Source: Bacillota bacterium (GTDB lineage: Bacteria; Bacillota; Ch66; Ch109). Taken from it: a DNA stretch of 64,000 bases. Position 1 is the stretch's first letter. Each line of letters begins with the position of its first letter. The stretch lies in NCBI GenBank assembly GCA_050952625.1, contig JBMNLH010000001.1, forward strand, positions 896,001 to 960,000, given 5' to 3'. Made by a program: the position numbers and the translations under genes. Shown piece after piece: positions 50,931 to 61,294 of the stretch. The notes under the pieces are model-generated. The model had not been told where the DNA came from. It searched no databases and saw only the letters and a program-made list of their open reading frames with translations.

Positions 50931-52322
50931 GTGAGTCATAGTAAAGTTGGATATTGTCCATATTTCAAGAAAATTGGAGTCGAAATGATTAACGCATCGG
51001 ATTTAATTGTGGAAAAGCCGGAGGATCTCCTCAAAGGTTTAATGCAACAAGTCTTAAATCATGAGTTTGAATTGTCACCGAAACTAATTCAATTGGCTGA
51101 AGAGGTCGAAGAGGAAATACAGTCTCAAGAAGCCCGAATTCGTCTTATCGTTACTTTGAATCAGCTCAGGGTGCTGCAAGCCTTTCGGGAGGCAGGTATT
51201 TCAGAATATCATCTCAAGGAAACAACCGGTTACGGTTATGGAGATATTGGACGAGAAGGGCTAGATCAGATATTTGCCCGGGTATTCGGGGCGGAAGCGG
51301 GATTGGTTCGCTTACAAATGGTTTCCGGCACTCATGCTCTGGCGGTGGCACTTTTTGGCAACCTCCGGGCCGGAGATGAATTAATCTCAGTAACCGGTGC
51401 CCCTTATGACACCCTAGCGGAAATAATCGGGATTAGTCAGGGTCCGCCGCCACCTGGATCCTTAAGCGAATTAGGGGTAATCTATCGTGAAATACCTTTG
51501 AAAAAGGGTCGACCGGATCTAGAAGCTGTTAACCGCACAATAGGCCCTAGAACAAGGATGGCTTTGATTCAACGATCGAGTGGATACTCTTGGCGACCCG
51601 GTTTGACTATTAGACAGATTAAAGAGCTGATCGATACCATCAAATCAATTAATCCTAATACCTTGGTACTAGTTGACAACTGTTACGGTGAATTTGTTGA
51701 GGAGCAGGAGCCGGGCATGGTCGGGTCGGACCTAACCGTGGGATCCCTGATTAAAAATCCGGGCGGAGGCTTAGCTCCTAGTGGCGGCTATATAGTTGGG
51801 CGACAAGATTGCGTTCAGGCAGCTGCTAGACGTTTGACTGCTCCTGGGATCGGGATGCACGTAGGGGCAACTCTAGGAGTCAACCGCTGGTTCTATCAAG
51901 GTCTATTTATGGCTCCTCAAATAGTTGGTCAAGCCTTGCGCGGGGCCTTATTTGCCTCTCGTCTGTTTCAAAGATTAGGCTATGAGGTTCAGCCCCAACC
52001 AAGTGATATTCGGGGAGATATTATTCAGGCGATAAAACTGAATACTCCTGAAGCTTTGGAAAGTTTCTGTCGGGTGATACAACAGTATTCTCCAATCGAT
52101 TCTACAGCCACCCCGGTTTTTGACGAACTCCCCGGCTATGATCATCAAGTTATTATGGCGGCTGGAACCTTTGTCCAAGGAGCCTCCTTGGAACTCAGTG
52201 CTGATGCTCCATTAAGTTCACCTTATATAGCTTTTTTGCAAGGGGGCCTTAGTTTTGATCATACCCGAATTGCGACGCTATGTGCCGCTCAAGCCCTTCT
52301 AAATGAGAGCATATCTTTATAA
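50931..52322 (+). CDS. Methionine gamma-lyase family PLP enzyme (YnbB/aluminium-resistance type)
   Basis: TGYGYGD, SGTHA, PYDTL, DNCYGEF, GSLIKNPGGG and MAAGTF motifs; follows hflX. Start uncertain. Confidence 0.9.
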   Translation: MSHSKVGYCPYFKKIGVEMINASDLIVEKPEDLLKGLMQQVLNHEFELSPKLIQLAEEVEEEIQSQEARIRLIVTLNQLRVLQAFREAGISEYHLKETTGYGYGDIGREGLDQIFARVFGAEAGLVRLQMVSGTHALAVALFGNLRAGDELISVTGAPYDTLAEIIGISQGPPPPGSLSELGVIYREIPLKKGRPDLEAVNRTIGPRTRMALIQRSSGYSWRPGLTIRQIKELIDTIKSINPNTLVLVDNCYGEFVEEQEPGMVGSDLTVGSLIKNPGGGLAPSGGYIVGRQDCVQAAARRLTAPGIGMHVGATLGVNRWFYQGLFMAPQIVGQALRGALFASRLFQRLGYEVQPQPSDIRGDIIQAIKLNTPEALESFCRVIQQYSPIDSTATPVFDELPGYDHQVIMAAGTFVQGASLELSADAPLSSPYIAFLQGGLSFDHTRIATLCAAQALLNESISL

Positions 52323-52338
52323 GAAAGAAGGTGAAAAT

Positions 52339-52824
52339 ATGGGCGAAATAGATTGGAAGGCAGTTTTAGCTCTAGTAGTGATGCTGGCGGGAATGGCCGG
52401 GACCGTTTTACCAGTAGTCCCCGGCATTCCAATGATTTTCTTAGCTATGTTCGGTTATGATTGGGCTAATGATTTTCAAATTCTCGGCATGTATTTTCTA
52501 GGGCTGATGCTGGCCTTGACAGTACTTAGCTTGGTGGCTGATTATTTGGCTGGTGTCTTTGGCGCTCAAAAATTTGGAGCTTCCATTTGGGGTAAGATTG
52601 GAGTTGTTGTCGGTGGCATCGTTGGTTTTGTATTCTTTCCTCCAATCGGCATATTTCTTGGTCCGCTGATAGGAGTGATTTTGGGAGAATTATTAGCGGG
52701 TAAACAGGCGCGGGAGGCTGTTCTAAGCGGTTGGGGCACTTTTTTGGGAATTTTAGCTGGGGTAGTAGCTCGTCTAACTATTGCTTGCATTATGGTAGTG
52801 GCGTTTCTGTTCAGAGTATTCTGA
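52339..52824 (+). CDS. DUF456 family membrane protein
   Basis: GTVLPVVPG, GAQKFGAS and GIFLGPLIG..LGEL motifs. Confidence 0.85.
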   Translation: MGEIDWKAVLALVVMLAGMAGTVLPVVPGIPMIFLAMFGYDWANDFQILGMYFLGLMLALTVLSLVADYLAGVFGAQKFGASIWGKIGVVVGGIVGFVFFPPIGIFLGPLIGVILGELLAGKQAREAVLSGWGTFLGILAGVVARLTIACIMVVAFLFRVF

Positions 52825-53019
52825 TAAAATGGATCGGTAAAAAAACTTTTGCCTCGCTATACTCATAATGCAAAAACAAGGATTCAACTTTTAAAAAATC
52901 ATTCAAAGAAAAGAACAATTAAACATAGACACAATAATTAAAGAATAATTTTAATGTTTCTATTTGTTATGCATGGTCAAAGTTAATTATATTATCTATA
53001 TTAATTAAATCATGTAAAG

Positions 53020-53622
53020 CTAAAATCGCCGAATTAGTCCAATCACCTTACCTAAAATGGAAACCTCTTTGGTAATAATTGGTTCCAGAGTGGGGTTCTC
53101 TGGCTGTAATCGTATATAGCCCTCTTCACGAAAGAAACGTTTTACAGTAGCCTCTTCTCCGAGTAAGGCTACCACAATATCTCCGTCAGTTCCTGAATTC
53201 TGCTGACGAACCAGGACATAGTCTCCATCATAAATGCCGGCCTCATACATACTGTCTCCTCTAACCTTGAGCATAAACACCTTGTCTTCTCGGACAAAGT
53301 CTAAGGGCAAGGGAAAAACATCTTCCGTATTCTCCACGGCCAGAATGGGATCTCCGGCAGTAACTTTTCCTACTATTGGTACATTAATTACTTCTTTTTG
53401 GGACACGCCATCTTCAATTATTTCGATCGCTCTAGGTTTAGTCGGATCTCGACGGATATAACCGTATTCTTCCATCTGTCTTAGGTGCCCATGGACCGTT
53501 GAACTGGAACTTAATCCGACAGCCACACCAATTTCGCGGACAGAAGGGGGATAACCTTTGGTGCGCGTTTGTTTTTTTATAAAATCTAGAATTGCCTGCT
53601 GTCGGGGTGACAGATCTTTCAT
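53020..53622 (-). CDS. lexA: SOS transcriptional repressor LexA
   Basis: [18 protein letters not shown] cleavage site, GDSM and ATVKRF motifs; RBS GGGAGG before ATG 53622. Confidence 0.97.
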   Translation of the reverse strand: MKDLSPRQQAILDFIKKQTRTKGYPPSVREIGVAVGLSSSSTVHGHLRQMEEYGYIRRDPTKPRAIEIIEDGVSQKEVINVPIVGKVTAGDPILAVENTEDVFPLPLDFVREDKVFMLKVRGDSMYEAGIYDGDYVLVRQQNSGTDGDIVVALLGEEATVKRFFREEGYIRLQPENPTLEPIITKEVSILGKVIGLIRRF

Positions 53623-53650
53623 ATTTTTCCCTCCCAGCCTTATTTTTTTT

Positions 53651-53688
53651 ATTATAACATAAGTCTGTCCATTGGGAAACATTTGTTC
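53651..53688 (-). promoter_or_regulatory. lexA promoter with autoregulatory SOS box
   Basis: Extended -10 TGtTATAAT (53651-53659) and GAAC-AAAT-GTTT (53677-53688), with the same spacer as the recA box. Confidence 0.8.
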
Positions 53689-53702
53689 TTTTGGACCTCA
53701 AG

Positions 53703-54440
53703 CTAAATTTTATGCTTAACTTTCCAAAGTTGATTAGTATCAATATTTTTAAGTGAACCTTGCAGTCGAGCGAAAATCCCCGGAATCTTTTGTTCTAGAT
53801 CAGCGATTATTTCTTTAATAACCTGGCGTTTTGTTTGACCATTAGCAGGACAAAAATTTTCAACTAATGGTAAATTCAAATTAGTCACTGCTTCTTGAAT
53901 AACTGCTTCTCGAATATAGACTAGTGGTCGGATTACCCTAAGATCTTGTCGAGTAAGATAGGTATTAGGTAAGAAGGTAGTGATGCGCCCCTCATAGAAC
54001 ATGCTCATCAAAAGTGTTTCTACGGCATCATCGGCATGATGGGCCAAAGCAACCTTATTACACTTAAGCTTTTTGGCTAAATTGTTCAAGGCACCCCGGC
54101 GAAGGTGAGCGCATAGGGAACAGGGATTACTTTCTTGGCGCTCCTCAAAAACAATCCGGCCTATTGCTGTAGCCTCAATATAAAATGGAACACTTAATTG
54201 ATGGCAAAATTCGACAAGACCAGTGAAATTTGAACCCCAACCTAGATCCAGAGTAATTGCCTTGAGTTTGAAATCAACCGGGGCAATCCGTTGTAGACGA
54301 GTAAGAAGCCAAAGCAAAAGGACGCTATCCTTGCCTCCTGATAAACCAACAGCTATTTGGTCACCTTCCTGAATCATTTGATAATCAGCGATTGCCTGTC
54401 CAAACTTTTTATTAAGTGCATTATGATATGAATGTTTCAT
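53703..54440 (-). CDS. ttcA: TtcA-family tRNA 2-thiocytidine biosynthesis protein (PP-loop)
   Basis: SGGKDS, CSLC..LRRG, HHADD, IRPL and CPA motifs; RBS GGAGG before ATG 54440. Confidence 0.85.
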   Translation of the reverse strand: MKHSYHNALNKKFGQAIADYQMIQEGDQIAVGLSGGKDSVLLLWLLTRLQRIAPVDFKLKAITLDLGWGSNFTGLVEFCHQLSVPFYIEATAIGRIVFEERQESNPCSLCAHLRRGALNNLAKKLKCNKVALAHHADDAVETLLMSMFYEGRITTFLPNTYLTRQDLRVIRPLVYIREAVIQEAVTNLNLPLVENFCPANGQTKRQVIKEIIADLEQKIPGIFARLQGSLKNIDTNQLWKVKHKI

Positions 54441-54651
54441 AATCTTTCCTCCAGCAACACGTTCTGATTGAAAACTTTTATAATCGTTATTATCCGTCAA
54501 ATCATTTGAGAATACTGAGTGATATATCTTGTTATACCTAGCTTGAATAGCTTAATGGGTTAGAGTACAATGGGCTAAAGTATTGATCATAGACGCTGTT
54601 CTTATAAATATAATATCAAAATAATATGCTATCACAGAGGTGGATAAAAAA

Positions 54652-55740
54652 TTGCTGACTTGTGGAATTATTGGATTACCAATGGTAGGAAAGACGACTT
54701 TTTTTAATTTATTAACTCAAGCTAAGGCTGAGACATCTAATTTCTATTCTGGCCGGACCGAGACAAACCGAGCAACAGCACGGATCCCAGATAATAGGAT
54801 TGACTTTCTTTCAGATTTATATCGACCGCGCCGGACCATTTACGCTCAGTTAGAAGTCATTGATGTAGTTGGACTGGTTCGGGGATCAAGTCAGGGGCAG
54901 GGAGTAGGTAATGCCTTTCTAACTGCCGTAAGAAATGCGGATACGTTGATTCAAGTTGTGCGGGTTTTTGAAAATCCTGAGGTGCCGCACCCAGAGAATA
55001 CAATAGATCCAGTGCGCGATATTGAAACAATCAATCTGGAATTATTATTAGCTGATTTGGAAATGGTAGAAAAAAGGATCCAACGAATAGAAGCGGGTAA
55101 GAAAAAAACCGAGCAATTAAAAGAGTTGGAGATATTGAAAAAAATTAAAGTTGGTTTAGAAGAAGAACGATCGATCCATAATCTTGGACTAACAGAGGAA
55201 GAAGCCTTTCAGATCCGATCGTTCGCCTTTCTTACTGAAAAACCAATGCTCCTCGTGGTGAATTTAGATGAAGAACAGCTTAGAAATAGCCATTACCCTG
55301 GAAAGTCGCAACTAGAGGCCTATGCGCTGGAAAAAGGAATACACGTGCTGGAAGCCTGTGGCAGGGCAGAAATGGAAATAAGCGAACTGAGTCAGGAAGA
55401 CCAAAAAACCTTTTTGGAAGATTTGGGTATTACTGAACCAGGTATCCATCGAGTTGCTCAAGCGATGTATCATAATCTGGGGCTAATCTCATTCTTAACG
55501 GTCGGCGAAGACGAAGTAAGGGCCTGGACTATCGAAAAAAATACGCCGGCAAAAACAGCGGCGGGAAAAATACACTCAGATATCGAGAGAGGGTTCATTC
55601 GAGCTGAGGTAGTTAAGTATCATGATTTGCATGAACTAGGATCAATGGTGAAGGTAAAGGAAAAGGGCCTTTTTCGACTGGAAGGCAAGGATTATTTGGT
55701 TCAGGATGGCGACATTATAAATTTCCGATTTAATGTTTAA
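54652..55740 (+). CDS. ychF: YchF/Ola1-family ATPase (divergent P-loop)
   Basis: GLPMVGKT, GLVRGSS.G.G.GN.FL, AGKIHSDIERGFIRAE and EGKDYLVQDGDI motifs. Confidence 0.85.
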   Translation: MLTCGIIGLPMVGKTTFFNLLTQAKAETSNFYSGRTETNRATARIPDNRIDFLSDLYRPRRTIYAQLEVIDVVGLVRGSSQGQGVGNAFLTAVRNADTLIQVVRVFENPEVPHPENTIDPVRDIETINLELLLADLEMVEKRIQRIEAGKKKTEQLKELEILKKIKVGLEEERSIHNLGLTEEEAFQIRSFAFLTEKPMLLVVNLDEEQLRNSHYPGKSQLEAYALEKGIHVLEACGRAEMEISELSQEDQKTFLEDLGITEPGIHRVAQAMYHNLGLISFLTVGEDEVRAWTIEKNTPAKTAAGKIHSDIERGFIRAEVVKYHDLHELGSMVKVKEKGLFRLEGKDYLVQDGDIINFRFNV

Positions 55741-55826
55741 GATAGTCTGCGACTGTGCCTTGCGGGCATTGACCAGTTAACAAGATCAGTAATAACAAAG
55801 ATACTGCTTAGGGAGGGCGGAGGGTC

Positions 55827-57176
55827 GTGCAGGTAATCATAGTCGGCGCGGGTAAAGTTGGCTTTAATCTAGCACAAATGTTGTCCTATGAACAGCACGA
55901 TGTCGTGGTCATTGAAATGGACGATGAAAGACGGCAAATAATTGGTGAACACCTGGATATCCAGACAGTTGGCGGGAATGGGGCTAGTCCGACTGTTCTT
56001 CAGGAAGCAGGTGTTCGGAAAGCAGACATGCTGATTGCCGTTACCGAAATGGATGAAATTAATATGGTTGCCTGCATGATGGCTAAACAGTTCGGTGTTC
56101 CGCGAACGGTGGCCAGGGTGCGTAATCCTGAATACACCGAAGGCCAACCCTCAGTCTCTTATCGTGAAATGGGAATTGACTTTATAATTAATCCGGAGCA
56201 GGTTACCGCCAGAGAAGTGGCAAAGGTGATCGAAGTTCCAGAAGCCTTAAACGTAGATTATTACGCTGAGGGTCGCATTCAAATGATTGAGGTCAAGATA
56301 AGTCCCCAAGCCCCAGTTGTCGGGAAAAAGCTGAAGGACCTCAACATTCCTAATCAGTGTTTGATTGCCTGTATCCTTCGGGATAGCGGTATGGTCGTTG
56401 CTCGGGGGGAAGATATGATCCAGGCGGGTGACTTGGTCTTTATAATTCTCCGCACCAAGGACACAGTAACCGTGGAAAAGATCATTGGGAAACAGATTAG
56501 TCGGGCGAGTACCGTCACTATCCTGGGAGCCGGCAGAATAAGTTATTACCTTACCGCTTACTTGCTGAGAAAGAAGCTGGCTTCAGTCAAAGTAATTGAG
56601 AAAAACCGGACAATCGCTAAGCAGTTTGCCCAACGCATGCCTGAAGCTTTGGTTATTAACGGGGACGGAGCAGATACGGAGTTATTACGCGAAGAAAATA
56701 TTGGTGAATCCGATGTATTTGTCGCTGTAACTGATGATGATAAAATGAACCTTTTAGTCTCATTATTGGCTAAAAACTTAGGCGTCAAGAAAACGATAAC
56801 TCAGGTTAGACGTTCTGACTATTCTACTCTAATGGAACAGGTTGGCATTGACGTAGCCGTAAGTCCTCGTTTATTGACGGCGGAAGCCATCCTTCGTTTT
56901 ATCCGACGGGGAAATATTGTCTCGGTTACCCTGGTGGGCGGAGATAAAGCTGAGGTAATAGAACTCATTGTGCCGGAAAAATCACTGGTTACCAATCGAT
57001 CATTAAAGCAAATTAACCTGCCGTCGGGAACCCTTGTGGGAGCGATTCAACGGAAAAATGATGTGCTTATTCCCAAAGGCACTGATGTGATCCGAGCAGG
57101 AGACCAGGTGATGGTTTTTAGCCTGCCGGAACACATTCACTTGGTTGAGAAATACTTCCAGGCCAACGGGGGGTAA
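55827..57176 (+). CDS. trkA: Trk potassium uptake NAD-binding subunit
   Basis: Two RCK_N/RCK_C pairs (GAGKVG and GAGRIS). Confidence 0.93.
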   Translation: MQVIIVGAGKVGFNLAQMLSYEQHDVVVIEMDDERRQIIGEHLDIQTVGGNGASPTVLQEAGVRKADMLIAVTEMDEINMVACMMAKQFGVPRTVARVRNPEYTEGQPSVSYREMGIDFIINPEQVTAREVAKVIEVPEALNVDYYAEGRIQMIEVKISPQAPVVGKKLKDLNIPNQCLIACILRDSGMVVARGEDMIQAGDLVFIILRTKDTVTVEKIIGKQISRASTVTILGAGRISYYLTAYLLRKKLASVKVIEKNRTIAKQFAQRMPEALVINGDGADTELLREENIGESDVFVAVTDDDKMNLLVSLLAKNLGVKKTITQVRRSDYSTLMEQVGIDVAVSPRLLTAEAILRFIRRGNIVSVTLVGGDKAEVIELIVPEKSLVTNRSLKQINLPSGTLVGAIQRKNDVLIPKGTDVIRAGDQVMVFSLPEHIHLVEKYFQANGG

Positions 57177-57184
57177 GCAGTGAA

Positions 57185-58621
57185 GTGAATTACCACCTCT
57201 TATTATCTTACTTGGGTCGGTTTCAACTAATTATTGGTATTTTTATGTTCTTGCCGATCCCTTGGGCTTTGTATTATCAAGAGAGCCTGGTCCCATTGAT
57301 TAGCTCCGGCTTAATTACAGTGACCTTTGGGTTGGCAATGGTTTTGAGATTTAGCAACAAAGGTAGTATTCGTTATCGGGAAGCCTTCGCTCTCGTAACC
57401 TTAAGCTGGATTTTAGCCTCTGGCTTTGGTTCTCTCCCGTACCTATTTTCGGGAACATTAGGTAATTTGGCAGATGCTTTTTATGAAACTATGTCCGGGT
57501 TTACAACCACCGGATCAAGTGTTTTAACGGATATAGAGGTAGTATCAAAAAGCATCCTATTCTGGCGAAGTCTCACCCACTGGCTGGGCGGTATGGGGAT
57601 TATCGTTTTGCTGGTAGCTTTGTTGTCCCAGTTAGGAGTGGGAGCCAATCAGGTTTTTCGGGCCGAGGTGCCGGGGCCGGTGGCCGAAAAGATAACGCCG
57701 CGTGTAGCTGAGACAGCTCGGATTCTCTGGCTGATCTATGTAATAATGACTATCATCGTGACTTTGCTTTATTGGATCGCGGGAATGACGCCTTTTGATG
57801 CCTTGTGCCACGGCTTTTCCACATCAGCTACCGGCGGCTTTTCCACTCGGAATATGAGTATCGGGTTTTACAGTCCACTAATTCAATGGATTACACTAAT
57901 CTTTTTGTTTTTATCTGGGACCAACTTTGCCTTATATATTCAAGCCATAAAAGGCAAGACTCTAAAGGGTTTTTGGAAGGACCCGGAATTCAAGCTTTAT
58001 GGGAGTATAATTATAGTTGCTACACTAATTGCGTCCTGGCAAATTCGCCATTTGTATCCTCTGGGAGAATCATTAATCCGGACCGCCTTATTTCAAGTCG
58101 TCAGCCTAGTGACTACGACGGGTTATGCTACAACTGATTATGGGATTTGGCCACCCGTTACTCAATTGATCTTGCTATTTCTTATGTTTATTGGGGGCTG
58201 CAGTGGTTCTACGGCTGGAGCGATAAAAGTAGCAAGGTTAAGGATAATTCTGGGGCAGACAGCTAGTGGGTTAAAACAATTGATTCATCCCCGCGGAGTG
58301 TTTGCGGTTCGCTTTGGTGACAAGACTTTATCTGATGAAGTTAGCATCAATGTCTTGCAGTTTTTTTCTCTGTACATAATGATTTTTGCCGGTGGGTCAA
58401 TAATCTTATCCGGCATGGGTATTGATTTACTAACCGCATTTACGGCAGCAGCCGCTAATATAGGGAATGTGGGACCAGGCTTAGGTTTAGTTGGTCCAAT
58501 TAATAACTATCAAGCTCTGCCAGATGCTGCCAAGTGGCTGCTCAGCCTAATGATGCTGCTCGGTCGTCTGGAGATATTCACCGTATTGGTTCTGATTTCC
58601 CCGGCTTTTTGGAAGAAATAA
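57185..58621 (+). CDS. trkH: Trk potassium uptake membrane subunit
   Basis: Four pore loops (TTTG, TGG, TTTG, NVG), WLGGMG, GSTAG.IK and GRLEI motifs. Confidence 0.94.
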   Translation: MNYHLLLSYLGRFQLIIGIFMFLPIPWALYYQESLVPLISSGLITVTFGLAMVLRFSNKGSIRYREAFALVTLSWILASGFGSLPYLFSGTLGNLADAFYETMSGFTTTGSSVLTDIEVVSKSILFWRSLTHWLGGMGIIVLLVALLSQLGVGANQVFRAEVPGPVAEKITPRVAETARILWLIYVIMTIIVTLLYWIAGMTPFDALCHGFSTSATGGFSTRNMSIGFYSPLIQWITLIFLFLSGTNFALYIQAIKGKTLKGFWKDPEFKLYGSIIIVATLIASWQIRHLYPLGESLIRTALFQVVSLVTTTGYATTDYGIWPPVTQLILLFLMFIGGCSGSTAGAIKVARLRIILGQTASGLKQLIHPRGVFAVRFGDKTLSDEVSINVLQFFSLYIMIFAGGSIILSGMGIDLLTAFTAAAANIGNVGPGLGLVGPINNYQALPDAAKWLLSLMMLLGRLEIFTVLVLISPAFWKK

Positions 58622-58663
58622 GCATTTCCAGGTTGAGTCAATTTAAAGACAGGAGGATTTCAA

Positions 58664-60148
58664 GTGAAAGGACAGTTTGCTGCTTTAAAGACATTATATT
58701 CCTTAGCTGAAATCCGCAATATTCCGGTCTTTGTCGTTGGTGGAACGGTACGGGATTTATTGTTGGGAAGAAGAATTACTGATTTGGATGTCTTAATATT
58801 TGGCAATGTTTGGAAACTGGCACCGGAGTTGGCTCAAGCCTTAGAGGCGACTTGGTTTGTCTTAGACGAACAGACTCAGACTGCTCGGGTAGTTTTACAT
58901 AATCAGCAATCTCAATTAAATATTGACCTCGTTGGGGCAGGGTATAAAAGCCTGCACGAAAATCTGGTGGAACGTGACTTTACCATCAACGCCATGGCCA
59001 TTAACCTGTCAGATTGTCTGATCCATTTTGAGAGTATAAATAATAATAATAATAAAGTCGATAACTATCCTTTTTGGGGCCAATTATTTGATCCTTTAAA
59101 AGGGCGGGATGATTTACGGGCTGGTATTCTTCGGGTAACCGGGGAGAAGGTATTTCAACGGGATCCTTTACGTTTATTGAGGGCGGTCCGACAATCAGCG
59201 ACTCTGGGTTTACTAATTGAAAAGTCAACCTGGGCTTTAATAAAACAGCAAGCTGGTTTAATTTCTCAAAGCTCACCGGAACGGGTAAGGGATGAACTAT
59301 TTAAAATTCTAGCGTTAAATGATGCCCATTACTGGATGACTCAGCTAGACGAACTAGGTTTGCTGGACCAAGTCTTGCCTGAGTTGATGACTTTGAAAGG
59401 AGTTCAACAAAACGAACACCATTCGTTGGATGTGTGGGGACACTGTCTGGCTACCCTGGAAGAGCTGGAAAAACGACCCTGGGAAGGTTTGCTAACTCGG
59501 AAGATAGAGGCGCGGGTTAACCAGTTTCTTACTGAAGAGGTAGTGGTGGGTCGATCAAAGTGGAGTTTATTAAAGCTAGCTGCTCTGTTACATGATATGG
59601 GTAAACCGGAAGTTAAGGCCAGTAAGTCGGGAGGAAAGGTAGTATTCTATGGTCATGAACAAGCAGGGGCTCGTCGTGTTCGGCAAATAGCCGATCGAAT
59701 TAAACTATCAAGTCGAGAAAAGAGAATACTGGCTACAATAATTGATCAACACATGCGTCCTTTTCATCTTTTTCGGGCTAAGAATCATACAGCTAAGGCA
59801 GAGTGCCGATTCTTTTTTAGTGCAGACTGTGAGACAATTTCCGTTCTTTTGCTGTCAATAGCTGATCGCCGGGCGGGAAGAGTTAGGACTGATGCTAAGG
59901 AAACAACAGATTACCAACACTTTATTAAGATTTTACTTGAAAAGTACTTAGACGAATTTCAGCCAATTAGAGAGCATCGGATCATTCGCGGTCGGGAGAT
60001 AATGACCGTTTTTGGACTCAAACCAGGACCATCGATCGGGAAATTGTTAAAAAGGGTTGAGGAAGCTCAGGTGCTAGGTCAAATCCATACCCAGGAAGAT
60101 GCCTTAAGGTTGGTAGGTCAAATTCTGAAAAATAGCCGAGTATATTAA
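58664..60148 (+). CDS. tRNA nucleotidyltransferase family protein with HD domain (probably CC-adding type)
   Basis: VGGTVRD, DLD, ERDFTINA, DPLRLLR, ERVRDEL and LLHDMGK motifs. Confidence 0.88.
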   Translation: MKGQFAALKTLYSLAEIRNIPVFVVGGTVRDLLLGRRITDLDVLIFGNVWKLAPELAQALEATWFVLDEQTQTARVVLHNQQSQLNIDLVGAGYKSLHENLVERDFTINAMAINLSDCLIHFESINNNNNKVDNYPFWGQLFDPLKGRDDLRAGILRVTGEKVFQRDPLRLLRAVRQSATLGLLIEKSTWALIKQQAGLISQSSPERVRDELFKILALNDAHYWMTQLDELGLLDQVLPELMTLKGVQQNEHHSLDVWGHCLATLEELEKRPWEGLLTRKIEARVNQFLTEEVVVGRSKWSLLKLAALLHDMGKPEVKASKSGGKVVFYGHEQAGARRVRQIADRIKLSSREKRILATIIDQHMRPFHLFRAKNHTAKAECRFFFSADCETISVLLLSIADRRAGRVRTDAKETTDYQHFIKILLEKYLDEFQPIREHRIIRGREIMTVFGLKPGPSIGKLLKRVEEAQVLGQIHTQEDALRLVGQILKNSRVY

Positions 60149-60288
60149 CAATGTACCATGCTGTGCCAATATAATACAGTGACTATCCGAAATATCATAG
60201 GTTCAAGTTCCAACTATGGTGATTACTATTGCGCCATGGTTATAGATTGTCAACAAGAGTCTGCTATAATGAGCCAGGGGGGAAGACC

Positions 60289-61239
60289 ATGTTACTGGAT
60301 TTCTTCAAAAGAAGATCGCGATCCAGAAAACAGGCTAACGATATATTGGGAAAGCCGAGTCAATTAGTTAATGAGTCTGTCAATGCCCCACAAATAAAGG
60401 CACAAGAATTCTCGTCTGAAGATACTTCCGAAGATGTTAGGGCAGGAGATGTTTTAGAGATTAAGGAAAAGACGGTTGGGGCAATTAGCATCAACAGCAC
60501 CAATCATCAAGCAGTTCCGGCTTGGACTAGGGGCTGGTTAGGAAAAAACGACACTGATATTTCAGATAGTATTACTTCTGATAAATCTACTCTAACTACG
60601 AATAGTAACCCTGAGAATCTAAACGCTTCTAGTAAATCCGCTATTGCAGAGGACCCAGAACTACCCATAGTAGATTTGGTTGAACCGCGAAACGTGGAAG
60701 TAAGAGAAATGATATTAAGACAGATCCAGAATTCGAGATCAGTTGCCCGTTATATGTGTAGTACAGAGAATTTAGTAGAAGAACAGATTCGAAAGTCTAT
60801 GGAAAGAGGAGAGTTTAATAATCTTCAGGGAAAAGGCAAACCCTTAAAATTTGAGGAAAATCCATATGAAAACCCGGAGTTGAGGCTCCCCTTTAAAATT
60901 TTGAAGGATGCTGGTTTTGCCCCCTATTGGATTGAGATGAGTAAACAGATTGATGCAGAGATAGCCGCCTGTCAGATGATTTTTGAAAAGTTCCTAGATA
61001 ACCTTGCCTTTCGTAAGGCCCGTTACGGATATATCAAAAGAACTCCCGAATTTGAGCTGCGATTAAGGGATGTACTGAAAACTTGCAGCGAAAAGTTTGA
61101 TGAGATTAATAAAAAAATCGATAAGTACAATATGATTGTCCCTATGTACTGGTTGCAAAGGAAGAAAATTGACACTGAGATTGAGATGGCTAATTTTCGT
61201 CGACGTTTAGATGATCAATTATGGGGAAGATCACACTAA
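60289..61239 (+). CDS. DUF1992 domain protein
   Basis: VEEQIRKSMERGEFNNLQGKGKPL...ILKDAGFAPYWIE; disordered N-terminus. Confidence 0.8.
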   Translation: MLLDFFKRRSRSRKQANDILGKPSQLVNESVNAPQIKAQEFSSEDTSEDVRAGDVLEIKEKTVGAISINSTNHQAVPAWTRGWLGKNDTDISDSITSDKSTLTTNSNPENLNASSKSAIAEDPELPIVDLVEPRNVEVREMILRQIQNSRSVARYMCSTENLVEEQIRKSMERGEFNNLQGKGKPLKFEENPYENPELRLPFKILKDAGFAPYWIEMSKQIDAEIAACQMIFEKFLDNLAFRKARYGYIKRTPEFELRLRDVLKTCSEKFDEINKKIDKYNMIVPMYWLQRKKIDTEIEMANFRRRLDDQLWGRSH

Positions 61240-61294
61240 AACGCAAACGTATGACAAGTACCCTTATAGCAAGCAAGAAAGAGAGGTCGTTTGG

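Noticed and set aside
59039-59053. (AAT)5 microsatellite in the nucleotidyltransferase gene as a phase-variation switch
   Set aside because: A triplet repeat encoding poly-Asn; slippage would not change the frame.
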